Part shown: in pieces, positions 20,239 through 34,012 of the stretch | Position numbering within the stretch: the first letter of the stretch is position 1 | Layout of the letters: every line of letters begins with the position of its first letter | DNA from: an uncultured cyanobacterium | Lineage (GTDB): Bacteria > Cyanobacteriota > Cyanobacteriia > CAKZMO01 | Reading direction: 5' to 3' | Length of the DNA stretch: 64,000 nucleotides | NCBI GenBank assembly: GCA_963719515.1 | Contig: CAVRCJ010000010.1 | Location: 288,001-352,000 of the forward strand | Notes under the pieces: model-generated | Seen by the model: only the letters and a program-made list of their open reading frames with translations | The model's database searches: none | What the model was told of the DNA's origin: nothing | Made by a program: the position numbers and the translations under genes

Positions 20239-21024
20239 CTACTCCGCAGTCGTCACCTGCAGACGGCGAGTGGTGCCGACAATGCCGTCATCGCGCACCA
20301 CGACTGCCGACAGCCACCGCTGTCCTGGCGTCGCAGGAGCCTGCCCCACCTTAAAAAGTCCGCCAGACGTCAGCAGCTCGAATTCGATTTCCGGGAGGGC
20401 TACATAACCCGCCGAGCTAACAATCTCCTCAACAGCCGTTCCCAGCAGTAGACGCTCTCCCAACGGCTCGACAACAATCGCATCAAAATAAAACGACTCC
20501 CCCGTATCCACTTGCTCTGGCAAATTCACCTTTAGCTCTGGCGGGTTGTTGCCTGCGGTGACGCTGCTGCTCTCGCTCAAAATGTTTTGGCTGATAATCT
20601 GGCCGTTGACAATGTCCTGCTGCGCCGTCAGCTCCGCCGTCAGCAGCAGCGCCTGGTCCCCCATCTCGCGGGTGCCGGTAATCGTCGTGGTGGTTTCGGT
20701 GCTGTAGCCCGTACCAGTGCGCTCCCAGCTGTCGACGTTTGTCTCGTAGACTAAGTTATCGTACTGCTCCCAAAACTGGATGAGCGCTGCCTCTAGGTCG
20801 TCGCGGGTCAGGCCATCGCCATGGGACAAGGTTTCGCTATAGGCCTCTAGCACCTGCAGCAGGTCTTCCTGGCTGGCGGCTTGATCGAGCTGCTGTACAA
20901 AGGTCATTATGTCTGGCGGGGTCTGAGCCTGAGCCACACTCGCTGTGGCCACTGAGGCAGCAAGTCCGAAGCAGACTAGCGCAGCACGCCGTAGCGCGGT
21001 AAGGCAGGAGTGAGAGTGGAGCAT
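20239..21024 (-). CDS. Secreted NTF2-like domain protein
   Basis: Signal peptide ending AQA-QT, SGGLFKVG motif; the upstream ORF extension overlaps murG. Confidence 0.7.
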   Translation of the reverse strand: MLHSHSCLTALRRAALVCFGLAASVATASVAQAQTPPDIMTFVQQLDQAASQEDLLQVLEAYSETLSHGDGLTRDDLEAALIQFWEQYDNLVYETNVDSWERTGTGYSTETTTTITGTREMGDQALLLTAELTAQQDIVNGQIISQNILSESSSVTAGNNPPELKVNLPEQVDTGESFYFDAIVVEPLGERLLLGTAVEEIVSSAGYVALPEIEFELLTSGGLFKVGQAPATPGQRWLSAVVVRDDGIVGTTRRLQVTTAE

Positions 21025-21314
21025 GATGTATAGAGTTAACGTAGGGGTAAGAGGAATAGAATCGCTTGAGTGAGTCGCGTCTGCGAGGACCAGGCGGCAG
21101 TGGCTGTGCGGCGGTGGCCAGAAGACGGCTGTTACTGTAACTGTAGTAGACGCAGCTGAAAATCGGCACCAAGAGGCTAACTCAATCTTCCGTAGGCGAT
21201 CGCGGCAATACGGACAGTTTGGGCACAAATGCATGATAGCGACTGCATAATAGCAAGTGCGTGATGACGAATCCAATAGAGCAAACGCGGCAAACGTAAC
21301 AACGGGATGCAACT

Positions 21315-22412
21315 GTGGCTGAAACGAAGAAACTGCTGGTAGCGGCAAGCGGCACAGGAGGTCACCTGTTTCCCGCGATCGCGACGGTGGAGCAGCTCTC
21401 AAACTGCGAGGTGGAATGGCTCGGAGTTCCCAACCGGCTAGAGACACGCCTGGTGCCTAAGCAATACCCGCTGCACTTGGTCAACCTTGAGGGTATCCAG
21501 ACGGCGCTGGGGCTAGGGGGCATTCGCCTATTTTTCCGGCTTTTAGGCTCCGTCCGGCAGGTGCGTCAGCTGCTCAGGCAGGGCCAGTTCGACGGCGTAT
21601 TCACCACCGGCGGCTATATCGCCGCCCCCGCCATCATTGCCGCCCGCTCGCTGGGTTTACCCGCCGTCCTACACGAGTCTAACGCCCTACCCGGCAAAGT
21701 CACCCGCTGGCTGAGTCCCTGGTGCAGCACCGTCGCCCTGGGCTTCTCCGCCGCCGCTGCCCATCTGCCTAAAGCTAAGGCTGTCTGTGTAGGCACCCCG
21801 GTGCGCCAGGCCTTTCAGGATCACGGTGCCGGGGCATCTTTGCCAGAGCTCGATATTCCGGCGGACGTCCCCCTAATCGTCGTGGTAGGGGGGAGCCAGG
21901 GCGCTGTCGCCGTCAACCGCCTGGTGCGCCAGAGCCTCAAGGCCTGGCTGACGGCGGGGGCCTGGGTGGTTCACCTGACGGGGGACAATGACCCCGACGC
22001 CGATGCCGTAGACCTTCCCCAATACATTCATCGCCCCTTCTACGACGATATGGCGGCGCTGCTGCAGCGGGCAAATCTCGCGATTAGCCGGGCGGGGGCG
22101 GGCACTCTGGTGGAGCTGGCCATCACCCAAACCCCCGCCATCCTCATTCCCTACCCCTTCGCCGCAGAGAATCACCAGACCTTCAACGCCGCCGTGTTTG
22201 CCGCCGCCGGGGCGGCCCAGGTCCACCAGCAGTCTGACCTCGACGCCCAAACCCTAGAGCAGCGGGTGCTGTCGCTGCTGCAGTGCCCCGAGCGCCTAGA
22301 GGAAATGGCGATCGCCGCTGAATCTTTGGCGGTTACCGATAGCGCCACCCGACTGAGCCAGCTGATTGACGAGCAGCTTTGCGCCCGCCACGGCCCTAAA
22401 GCCGGGCGGTAG
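21315..22412 (+). CDS. murG: Lipid II GlcNAc transferase
   Basis: SGTGGHLFP, GGY, HESNALPG, GGSQGA, SRAGA. Confidence 0.97.
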   Translation: MAETKKLLVAASGTGGHLFPAIATVEQLSNCEVEWLGVPNRLETRLVPKQYPLHLVNLEGIQTALGLGGIRLFFRLLGSVRQVRQLLRQGQFDGVFTTGGYIAAPAIIAARSLGLPAVLHESNALPGKVTRWLSPWCSTVALGFSAAAAHLPKAKAVCVGTPVRQAFQDHGAGASLPELDIPADVPLIVVVGGSQGAVAVNRLVRQSLKAWLTAGAWVVHLTGDNDPDADAVDLPQYIHRPFYDDMAALLQRANLAISRAGAGTLVELAITQTPAILIPYPFAAENHQTFNAAVFAAAGAAQVHQQSDLDAQTLEQRVLSLLQCPERLEEMAIAAESLAVTDSATRLSQLIDEQLCARHGPKAGR

Positions 22413-22450
22413 GGACAGGGCGCTACCGTGCCTTGACAAGATTCATTCCC

Positions 22451-23350
22451 TTAATCCGGCGGCAAAAAGTCTAGGCGAGGCTGAGGAAACACCTGGGTCC
22501 GCAGCGTGGGGTTGTCAGAAGGCTGCCCCGAACGGCCGCTAGCGGGGAGCTGTCCGCGCAGACTCAAAATCACGTCCTGCCCGGCCCCCACGCAGCCCAA
22601 AACGCTGTCCACCTGCGCCAGCACAGGCGCTGTTGCCGTCGGCTGATAGCCCTCAGGGCAGACCCTACCCCCCTGCGCTGAAAAGTCGATAAAATCCACT
22701 AGCGGTACGGGCGCGCTGCCCCGTAAGGAGGGACGGCCCGCCTGTTGGTTGGCCAGTGTAGCGCCATTATAGGACCACGGCCAGCTCCAGAACCGGTGGC
22801 GCGAGGGGTCGACGTAGCCGGGGACGACTGCGCCGCTTTGACGAAACTTGGTGAGGGTGTAGCGCAGAAGCCGGGCTTCTCCCGCCCAGATGTCGCCATC
22901 GTCAAGGCCGCTCACCAGGTAGACCACCAGACTGTAGGCGTGCTGCGACTGGCATTCTGCCGCGGTCAGTCGTCCCTGCCGGCAGTGCTGCAGCACCGTC
23001 GCGGATAGGGGCGTCTGTCGCCAAAAGGCCAGCACCGGATAGCGATCGCTCTCTGGCCCTAGGGTGACCGGCAGGTGGTAGGCCAGCCCCGGACAGCCTC
23101 CGCCTTCTATGGGTCTGCGCCCTTGACCTAGGCAGCCGCCATCGTAAACGTACAGGGCCTGACGCAAATCTTCAGCCATGTAGTCCAGCGATCGCTTCAG
23201 GTCGGCATGCACCCGATTGCGGCTCATGTGGCGCTGGTTTGCGCTCAGCAGCGTAGAGGCCAGGTGCAGGGTCACCGACACAATACCGCCCGCGATTAGC
23301 ATCACCACGAGCAGCTCCGTGAGGGTGAAGCCTGCCTCAGTGTTCTTCAC
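22451..23350 (-). CDS. Prepilin-type (type IV minor pilin-like) protein
   Basis: AG-FTLTELLVVMLI N-methylation motif. Confidence 0.85.
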   Translation of the reverse strand: MKNTEAGFTLTELLVVMLIAGGIVSVTLHLASTLLSANQRHMSRNRVHADLKRSLDYMAEDLRQALYVYDGGCLGQGRRPIEGGGCPGLAYHLPVTLGPESDRYPVLAFWRQTPLSATVLQHCRQGRLTAAECQSQHAYSLVVYLVSGLDDGDIWAGEARLLRYTLTKFRQSGAVVPGYVDPSRHRFWSWPWSYNGATLANQQAGRPSLRGSAPVPLVDFIDFSAQGGRVCPEGYQPTATAPVLAQVDSVLGCVGAGQDVILSLRGQLPASGRSGQPSDNPTLRTQVFPQPRLDFLPPD

Positions 23351-23356
23351 CGGCTT

Positions 23357-24112
23357 CTACTCCCTGCAGCCCTGAGCGTGGTAGCACAGCAGGGCGGCAG
23401 GGGCATCGCTCGGGGCAATGGTCGCCGTGGCGATCGCCAGCGGACGGCGAGTCATCCCTTGGCCTAACCGCATCGGGGCTATCTCAGTTTGCAGGTCTAC
23501 CGCTTTTGACGCGGCGTAGACCCGTACCGTCACGCCGAACGGAGCGGCTTCGTTCGAAGCCGACGGGCCGCCCTGGCGAAACACCTGCACCAGAAATTCA
23601 GGGTCGCAGGCCGCGTCACCGTCCACATCCACACCCGTGACCTCTACCGGCGCAAGATCTTCTGTCTGACAGTGGGCATGGGTGGAGCGAAGGGCCGCGA
23701 TCGCCTGGGGTGGGGGCTGCTGAGCGGGGTCACCGGCGGCACTTACTGGCGGCAGGCCGCCTAGGTCTAGCCCTGAAGTTGAGGCTTGTCTTACGAGCGA
23801 TCGCACCCGGTCGATCTCGGCTTGGGCCAGGTGCTGCGCCTGCTGAATGCGCTGGGCCTGCAGCTGGGCAGCGGCGGCGAGCAGCAGCGGTGGCCCGACT
23901 AAGGCTCCCGCTAGGGCCACTGTGGTGATCGAGACTAGGCATTCTATCAGCGTCAGCCCTGCCTCAGGGGCAGCCTGAGGAATGGGGTCCGCTTGCGCTT
24001 GTTTTGCAGGGGGCGCCGTCTGGGAGATTTTTAGAGGGACGCTATAGCTGTAGCTTAGCCGCCGCCATAGCCGCCTCCGGCCCCGCTGTCTCGCTCTTCC
24101 TACCCGGCGCAT
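23357..24112 (-). CDS. Prepilin-type (type IV minor pilin-like) protein; start uncertain
   Basis: AG-LTLIECLVSI motif, AQAEIDRVR. Confidence 0.78.
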   Translation of the reverse strand: MRRVGRARQRGRRRLWRRLSYSYSVPLKISQTAPPAKQAQADPIPQAAPEAGLTLIECLVSITTVALAGALVGPPLLLAAAAQLQAQRIQQAQHLAQAEIDRVRSLVRQASTSGLDLGGLPPVSAAGDPAQQPPPQAIAALRSTHAHCQTEDLAPVEVTGVDVDGDAACDPEFLVQVFRQGGPSASNEAAPFGVTVRVYAASKAVDLQTEIAPMRLGQGMTRRPLAIATATIAPSDAPAALLCYHAQGCRE

Positions 24113-24216
24113 TGCCCATTTCCCTCGCTCCTACGCCGCTAGGGTACCCGGGATAGGAGAAGAGACAACTGTGACATCCTCCCGACGCTGATGCTACGCA
24201 TACAGCGCGGGCTTCC

Positions 24217-25413
24217 TCAGTGACTCCCAGCTACCGCTGAGACATTTCCTGAGAGATTAAGGGCTTGATGTCCCACAGCCCTATTCAATAGGTTGATAGC
24301 CGCGTTGTGGTCGCGACAGATCGTTAAGCCGCATGACGGGCAACTATGGACCCGATCGGCCAGCGTCTTTGGTACCCGCTCACCACAACCCGAGCAATCA
24401 ATGCTGGTTCCGCGTGGGTTCTCAGCGATGGTCATCTTTCCAGCTTTCGCGGCTTTGAAAGAGCCTATCTCCAAGAATGTACCCCATGCGGCATCAGCGA
24501 TTGACTTTGCCAGTCTGGTTCGAGCAAGTCCTTTGATGTTGAGCTTTTCATGAGCGACAACATCGTACTTTGAGAACAGCCAATCCCACACCTTAGAAAA
24601 GAAATCACGACGCTGACGCGATATCTTTAGATGTAGTTTGGCGATGCGATTTACCTGCTTACGCCAGCGGTTAGAGCCCTTCTTCTGTCTCGATAGCTGC
24701 CGCTGCAGCTTGGATAGCTGCCGCTCTGAGCGTCGAAAGAACTGAGGGATAGGAACGCTCTCACCGTCACTGGTAACCAAGAAATCCTTCAGCCCAACGT
24801 CAACACCGACAGACTTAGCCCTATCGACATCCGGAGTAAGCATCGGAACGGCATTGTTTTCCAGTAACAGGCTCACATACCAACCATCTGCTTTGCGAGT
24901 CACCTTGGCCGTTTTGACAGTAAACCCATCAGGTATCGGGCGATGAAGGATTAGCTTCACCTGGCCAATCTTAGGCAGGGTAATACGACTTCCATCGATG
25001 CAGTCAGGTTTCATCTGCGGGAACGTGAACGTCCTGTAGCGCCCCGCGCCTTTGAACCGAGGCTTGCCGCTACGCTTACCATTCCTATCACCTTTGATGA
25101 AACGCTCGAACGTCTGCTTTACCTGCTTCGTCACCTCCTGAAGCGCTTGTGAATGCAAATCTTTGTACCAGGGCCGCTCTCGCTTGAGAGGTACTAGGCT
25201 AGCCTTCTGGCTGTAGTAATTAGGATTATCTTTGAGTGGCGCAAGGCTACAGGTGAGTGGGCAGGCGTTGACCGAACAGCGGTTCATCTCCCACCAGTCG
25301 AAGCGCTCAGCCAGCAACCAGTTGTACTGTGCCCGAAGCATATCTAGCCATCGGGTCATGGTAACCGTTTGCTCAGCCGTTGGGCGTAACCTGTACTGAT
25401 GGGTGATTTTCAC
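24217..25413 (-). CDS. tnpB: RNA-guided endonuclease TnpB
   Basis: YRLRPT HTH, RuvC GVDVG / HEKL / RDHNAA, zinc finger CSGC..CPSC. Confidence 0.96.
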   Translation of the reverse strand: MKITHQYRLRPTAEQTVTMTRWLDMLRAQYNWLLAERFDWWEMNRCSVNACPLTCSLAPLKDNPNYYSQKASLVPLKRERPWYKDLHSQALQEVTKQVKQTFERFIKGDRNGKRSGKPRFKGAGRYRTFTFPQMKPDCIDGSRITLPKIGQVKLILHRPIPDGFTVKTAKVTRKADGWYVSLLLENNAVPMLTPDVDRAKSVGVDVGLKDFLVTSDGESVPIPQFFRRSERQLSKLQRQLSRQKKGSNRWRKQVNRIAKLHLKISRQRRDFFSKVWDWLFSKYDVVAHEKLNIKGLARTRLAKSIADAAWGTFLEIGSFKAAKAGKMTIAENPRGTSIDCSGCGERVPKTLADRVHSCPSCGLTICRDHNAAINLLNRAVGHQALNLSGNVSAVAGSH

Positions 25414-25466
25414 TACTGCGTCTAAGTCAGTGATATCATAATAGCATACGCTGATTTCGATGCACC

Positions 25467-25946
25467 ATGAAAAATGACTTTGTTTCTAGCGGTCGCTCAA
25501 TTTCAGACCTTAAGGCCCATCTGGTTTTGACGACGAAATACTGCCGTAAGGTTTTTACCGAAGAAATGATACGGCGACTTCTAGAGGTTGTCGGAGATCT
25601 GTGCGAGAAGTGGGACTGCAAGATGATTGAGTTCAACGGAGAGGCCGACCACGTTCATCTGCTGTTTCAGTATTATCCGCAGATGGAGCTACCCAAGTTC
25701 GTCAGTAATTTGAAGTCTGTTTCCAGCCGCAGGCTGAGGTCGGAGTTCGCGGAGCGAGTAGACCAGTTCTACTGGAAGTCTGTTCTCTGGAACGAATCGT
25801 ACTTTATCGCCAGTTGTGGCGGGGTCACTGTCTCTGTGCTGAAACGGTACATTGAGCAGCAGGACGCCCCGGAGATGGGTGCTTCTGGGGCATTGAACCC
25901 CGTCAGCACCCGCGACTCTCATCCCGACGCTCACCCTAGCGGGTAG
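25467..25946 (+). CDS. tnpA: Y1 (HUH) transposase TnpA
   Basis: HLVLTTKY, DHVHLL, LKSVSSR, LWNESYF, RYIEQQ. Confidence 0.96.
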   Translation: MKNDFVSSGRSISDLKAHLVLTTKYCRKVFTEEMIRRLLEVVGDLCEKWDCKMIEFNGEADHVHLLFQYYPQMELPKFVSNLKSVSSRRLRSEFAERVDQFYWKSVLWNESYFIASCGGVTVSVLKRYIEQQDAPEMGASGALNPVSTRDSHPDAHPSG

Positions 25947-25978
25947 ATCGCGGGGCTTCCCGTCTAGCAGCTAAAGCG

Positions 25979-27343
25979 CTAGCCGAGGGTCAGCGCCAGC
26001 TGCTTACGGGCCACGGGCCGCCCCGTAAGGCTGAAGGCCCTAACTTCGGTGATCTCTACGTCCACCAGCTGGCCCTGTAGATCCGAATTGCCTGCGAAAA
26101 ATACCAGCCGGTTGCCTCGGGTCCGCCCCATAACCTGAGCCGCATCTCTTGGGTTAGCCCCCTCCACCAGCACCTCTTCCACTCGGCCCGCGTAGCGCTG
26201 CGATCGCTCTGCCGCCTTCACCTCCACGAGGCGATTGAGCCGCTGGAGGCGATCGCTCTTGACCGCCTCAGACAGCTGGTTTTCCCAGAGGGCAGCGGGG
26301 GTGCCGGGGCGGGGAGAATAGGCCGCCGTATTGAGGAGATCGAAGCCAACCTCATCGACAAGGGTCATCGTCTGCTGGAACTGCTCCTCTGTCTCTCCGG
26401 GAAAGCCCACAATGGCGTCGGCGCTGATGGCCGCGTCAGGCATCAGCCCGCGAATCTTGTCGATGATGCGCCGGTAGCGATCGCGGGTGTAGCCCCGACC
26501 CATGGCCTTGAGCAGGTCGTTGTCCCCCGACTGGAAGGGAATGTGAAAATGCTCGCACACCTTGGGCAGCTCGGCGCAGGCGCGAATCAGCCGCTCGGTG
26601 AAGTAGCGGGGGTGGCTGGTGGCAAAACGAATGCGATCGATGCCGGGGCTATCGTGGACAAAGTAGAGCAGGTCGGTGAGGGTGTGCTGGTGGCGGCCTT
26701 CAGCTGTCGAGCCAGGCAGGTCACGGCCATAGGCGTCGATGTTTTGCCCCAGCAGCGTCACCTCTCGGTAGCCCTGCTGCCCTAGCGCCTCCATTTCAGC
26801 GCGGATGGCCTCCGGGGTACGAGACTGCTCTACGCCCCTCACCCCCGGCACTACGCAGTAGGTGCAGCGTTCGTTGCAGCCGTAAATCACGTTTACCCAG
26901 GCGCTAACCTTGCTGTCGCGCCGGGGCTTGGTAATGTCCTCCATGATATGGACAGGCTCAGTCGCAACCACCTGTTCCCCGGCCTCCACCTGCTCTAGCA
27001 GATCCTGCAGCCGATTAGCATGCTGAGGCCCCATCACCAGGTCTAGTTCGGGGACTCGCCGCAGCAGGGCTTCACCCTCTTGCTGAGCCACGCAGCCCGC
27101 CAGTACCAGCGTCAGCGTCGGCTCGCTCTGCTTGCGTTTGGCCTGTCGTCCCAGATAGGAATAGACTTTTTGCTCGGCGTTGTCGCGGATAGTGCAGGTG
27201 TTGTAGAGGACTAAATCTGCCTTTTCCGGCGATGCCTCAAACTGGTAGCCCATTGACTCCAGAATTCCGGCCATGCGCTCGGAGTCGGCTTTGTTCATCT
27301 GGCAGCCGAAGGTGGTGATGTGGTAGCGGCGGGGTGCAGTCAT
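25979..27343 (-). CDS. miaB: tRNA-i6A37 methylthiotransferase
   Basis: [23 protein letters not shown] radical-SAM motif, TRAM domain. Confidence 0.97.
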   Translation of the reverse strand: MTAPRRYHITTFGCQMNKADSERMAGILESMGYQFEASPEKADLVLYNTCTIRDNAEQKVYSYLGRQAKRKQSEPTLTLVLAGCVAQQEGEALLRRVPELDLVMGPQHANRLQDLLEQVEAGEQVVATEPVHIMEDITKPRRDSKVSAWVNVIYGCNERCTYCVVPGVRGVEQSRTPEAIRAEMEALGQQGYREVTLLGQNIDAYGRDLPGSTAEGRHQHTLTDLLYFVHDSPGIDRIRFATSHPRYFTERLIRACAELPKVCEHFHIPFQSGDNDLLKAMGRGYTRDRYRRIIDKIRGLMPDAAISADAIVGFPGETEEQFQQTMTLVDEVGFDLLNTAAYSPRPGTPAALWENQLSEAVKSDRLQRLNRLVEVKAAERSQRYAGRVEEVLVEGANPRDAAQVMGRTRGNRLVFFAGNSDLQGQLVDVEITEVRAFSLTGRPVARKQLALTLG

Positions 27344-27413
27344 GGAGGGGAATCAGCGTCGGGGTAAGTCTAGGGTTTGATTCTAGCCCATCTCATCCGC
27401 AGTATGAGGCCTC

Positions 27414-29295
<1,882 letters not shown>

Positions 29296-29388
29296 TAGGG
29301 CTACAGCATTGGGCAAGCGATCGCTTGCCCAATAGAACATTAGAGATCTGGGCTTATTGCCCATTACTGTTGAATTTTTTGTGTCACT

Positions 29389-29796
29389 ATGCCACTAACG
29401 GTTCGCGTTATTGCTCCCGACAAAACGGTTTGGGACGCGGAAGCTGAAGAAGTTATTTTGCCCAGCACGACCGGACAGCTCGGTCTACTGTCGGGGCACG
29501 CGCCGCTGCTAACGGCTCTAGAAACCGGCGTCATGCGGGTTAGAGAACATCAAAAATGGATTCCCATTGCCCTGATGGGCGGGTTTGCTGAAGTTGACCA
29601 AGATGAAGTGACGATCCTGGTTAACGGCGCGGAGCGCGGCGACAGCATTAGCCTAGATGAGGCCAAGACCACTTTTTCGGAGGCTGAGTCTCGCCTATCG
29701 TCAGCTCAATCAGGCGAGGATAAGCAAGAGAAGTTTCAGGCTAAGCAGGCTCTCAAGCGGGCCCGCGCGCGTCTACAGGCAGCAGGCGGCACATAA
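29389..29796 (+). CDS. atpC: ATP synthase F1 epsilon subunit
   Basis: [16 protein letters not shown], downstream of the beta subunit. Confidence 0.97.
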   Translation: MPLTVRVIAPDKTVWDAEAEEVILPSTTGQLGLLSGHAPLLTALETGVMRVREHQKWIPIALMGGFAEVDQDEVTILVNGAERGDSISLDEAKTTFSEAESRLSSAQSGEDKQEKFQAKQALKRARARLQAAGGT

Positions 29797-29839
29797 TTTC
29801 TCGAGCCTTATCTCAAGCCTTAATCTATCCGAAACGATT

Positions 29840-29868
29840 GTAGGGACATGGTGTTGCCATGTCCCTAC
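29840..29868. repeat. REP-like GTAG palindrome / bidirectional terminator
   Basis: GTAGGGACATGG-TGTTG-CCATGTCCCTAC between convergent genes. Confidence 0.7.
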
Positions 29869-29909
29869 GCATTTTGATGCCTTGGCGACGCCGATAGGCG
29901 TTGCCTGGA

Positions 29910-30230
29910 TTAGGCGCTGCCGGTAAAGGCCACGCTGGGAAACTTCGACTGAGCCTCCGACATGGGTCGGCGCTTTCCTTCTTCCTGCCAATAGTTAATA
30001 ATTTCGGTAGCCTGATTCAGCAGCTCAACGCGATCGACGTCGCTGATCCAATGCTTGGCCTCGAGCTCGCTCTTGAGCTGCTCCCACGCATCGTTACGGG
30101 GCCAGAAGAAATAGGACGTCAGGGGGCTGGTGCCTTTTCCTACGACCTGGTCTACGGCGATCGCCACGTTCTCGTCCAGCCAGAGAACCTTGAGAATAAA
30201 CTTAGATTGAGATTCGGTTTCCACAGCCAT
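29910..30230 (-). CDS. ycf65: 30S ribosomal protein PSRP-3 / Ycf65
   Basis: [34 protein letters not shown]. Confidence 0.93.
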   Translation of the reverse strand: MAVETESQSKFILKVLWLDENVAIAVDQVVGKGTSPLTSYFFWPRNDAWEQLKSELEAKHWISDVDRVELLNQATEIINYWQEEGKRRPMSEAQSKFPSVAFTGSA

Positions 30231-30368
30231 ACCAACGTTTTATCGAACCCAATTGTAGCGTATACGCGAGGGTTCGACCAAAATAAGCAACATAAACCAA
30301 AGCCATTTCCCGACCCAGACGAGGGTTGTCATCAGGTAGACGATGTGTGTATTTGGCGTCTCGGATTA

Positions 30369-30441
30369 CCCCCTCTAACGCCCCCTTGGAAAGGGAGAGA
30401 ATTGAGCTTTCCTCCATTCCAAGGGGGGACTGAGGGGGGGG
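30369..30441. repeat. C-rich/G-rich cyanobacterial dispersed palindromic repeat
   Basis: CCCCCT..CCCCCTTGGAAAGGGAG..CCAAGGGGGGACTGAGGGGGGG; related units at about 38126-38242 and 44028-44063. Confidence 0.55.
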
Positions 30442-30518
30442 AAACCAAGGCGTACGGCCTTTTTATTCAAGGTCGCTAAACACGTACTGGACAATGCCCA
30501 CCCGACACACCTAGTGGG

Positions 30519-32159
<1,641 letters not shown>

Positions 32160-32295
32160 TCACGCGTGGGCCCGGTCGATTTCTGACCTAAGGGTACACG
32201 CTTCGGTCACCTTATGGCAGCTATCTGATGGACCCCCAACCCAAAACTACACATTAGCTGAGTCATTGCGCAAAGACGGCCCGCGAACAGCTTCT

Positions 32296-32700
32296 TCAGA
32301 AGGCCGTTAGCCGCTGCGCCTGCTCAATCCACAGGCGGACCTCCCCCAGGCTGGGGCAGCCCTGGCGATCGCGCAGAGTCGCGACGTGGAGCTTCATCAG
32401 CTGCCGGTGGAGCTGCCCTATGGGGGTCAAGGCGAGCTGCTGTGGTGAGGCAATTCCGGCGTGCAGCAGTTCGCCGCAGTGCTGACAGCCTACGGCAGGA
32501 ATGCGGGCCAAGTCGGCCAAGGCCATCCATTTGGTGAGGTGTTGAGGATGGACCCGCAGGCGGGCGGCGAGCGATCGCTGTCGCTCAGGCGATCGGTGCT
32601 GCAAGAGTTTGCCCGTGGAGTCGATGCCGCAGCTGAGGAGTGCCGTGCGGCTATTGGCGTCTAGACCAGGAATAGCGTCAATGGGCCAGGTGGAGGGCAT
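32296..32700 (-). CDS. DUF4332-like helix-hairpin-helix protein
   Basis: WPIDAIPGL, WMALADLARIPAVG, LLHAGI. Confidence 0.75.
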   Translation of the reverse strand: MPSTWPIDAIPGLDANSRTALLSCGIDSTGKLLQHRSPERQRSLAARLRVHPQHLTKWMALADLARIPAVGCQHCGELLHAGIASPQQLALTPIGQLHRQLMKLHVATLRDRQGCPSLGEVRLWIEQAQRLTAF

Positions 32701-32832
32701 AGGGTAGTGGCAATGGCCAGCTGCGCTTTGACAAAGCGTCGTCAATTAACGGTGACCGAATTTGGATTGAGGGGCTATACTATTAAAGCTGGAAGGCTAG
32801 CGCTTCTGTAGCTAGTGTAGCCTACCGCACCT

Positions 32833-32910
<78 letters not shown>

Positions 32911-32968
32911 GATTATTGCTTGGGCTGTTCTGCAACGGTCCAGTTTTCAGCTCAGATAGCTCCTTAGC

Positions 32969-33289
32969 CTAAAGGAACTCTTTCAGCTTTTTGATCAGGC
33001 TCTTTTCAGACTCGACCCCAATCAACGTCTCGACAAGTTGGCCTTGCCTGAAGACCATAACGGTCGGCAGAATCTCAATATCGAACCGCTCAGCGATCGC
33101 CGTGCTCGCTTCTACATCTATCCTGCAAACCCTGACGCGATCGCTATAGTCACTAGCTAACTGATCGATGGCTGGTGCGATGAGTCTGCAGGGACCGCAC
33201 CAGGTCGCCATAAAGTTGACGATGAGCAGCGGCTCTTCCATGAGAGCGTCAAGTACTGCCTCATCTTTTATAAGAATAACGGCGCTCAT
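32969..33289 (-). CDS. Thioredoxin
   Basis: WCGPC. Confidence 0.92.
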   Translation of the reverse strand: MSAVILIKDEAVLDALMEEPLLIVNFMATWCGPCRLIAPAIDQLASDYSDRVRVCRIDVEASTAIAERFDIEILPTVMVFRQGQLVETLIGVESEKSLIKKLKEFL

Positions 33290-33360
33290 GGCCCGTGCTC
33301 TCAAATTAAGTAAGGTTAAGTAAGGTAAGCTAATACCAGGGTTATTCAGCTGCTGCAGAT

Positions 33361-33708
33361 ATGAGTGCCGAGGACCTGCACCGCAACGAGATCTGGGAAA
33401 GGCTTGACCAAGGACGACAAGCCAAGTCCGAAGAGGGTGGGTACGCCGGTTATGGTTCGCCGGCCTTCGGGAAAAAGTCAGTCAATGGTGAACTGGTAGA
33501 CGATCCGGCAGAGTGCGAAATCATTGACCTAATTCGCCGTCACCACAAGTCTGGAAAATCTCTACAGAAAATTGCAGACTGGCTCAATCAGCAGGGCTAT
33601 TTAACTAAGCGGGGACGCGCCTGGCAGCGAATATCCGTGAAGCGCGTGCTCGATAGACTCTACGGAAATTCGCCAAGAAGCCGCGGCGTCTCCGAAGACT
33701 TTGAATAA
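33361..33708 (+). CDS. Stand-alone recombinase DNA-binding domain protein
   Basis: SLQKIADWLNQQG..TKRGRAW..VKRVL; no catalytic serine-resolvase domain. Confidence 0.75.
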   Translation: MSAEDLHRNEIWERLDQGRQAKSEEGGYAGYGSPAFGKKSVNGELVDDPAECEIIDLIRRHHKSGKSLQKIADWLNQQGYLTKRGRAWQRISVKRVLDRLYGNSPRSRGVSEDFE

Positions 33709-34012
33709 ACCCTAAATGACACCCGCTATGGCTATTTCTTCTAGCCAGGTCTGCGGCAGTAACGCTAGTAAAGTAAAAGTTTTTGCCACTTCTCATTGGT
33801 AAAGATGCCCTGTTGTCCCTGTAACATCCCTCTATGATAACCTAGAGGACATAGCAACCGTTGCGAGGAAAGGCTTTTACCCAGATTGAGCGTTACATCC
33901 CTCAGGGGAGGTCAACAGCCCGATGGACTGACCGCAATAATAAACTCGCCCCATTATAATCTATTTGTATAATTTTCCCTATATGCACTCTACATAAGCT
34001 AGGCCAGCATCT

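Larger units (their letters stand above)
24171..25970 (-). mobile_element. Autonomous IS605-group element (divergent tnpA and tnpB), family A
   Basis: Subterminal hairpins at both ends, right end TCAC at 24171, TTTAG at 25971-25975, no target duplication. Confidence 0.95.

Noticed and set aside
33361..33708. Recombinase as the integrase of an island at tRNA-Pro or of the Mov34 island
   Set aside because: DNA-binding domain only, outside the island, and I saw no duplicated tRNA 3' end
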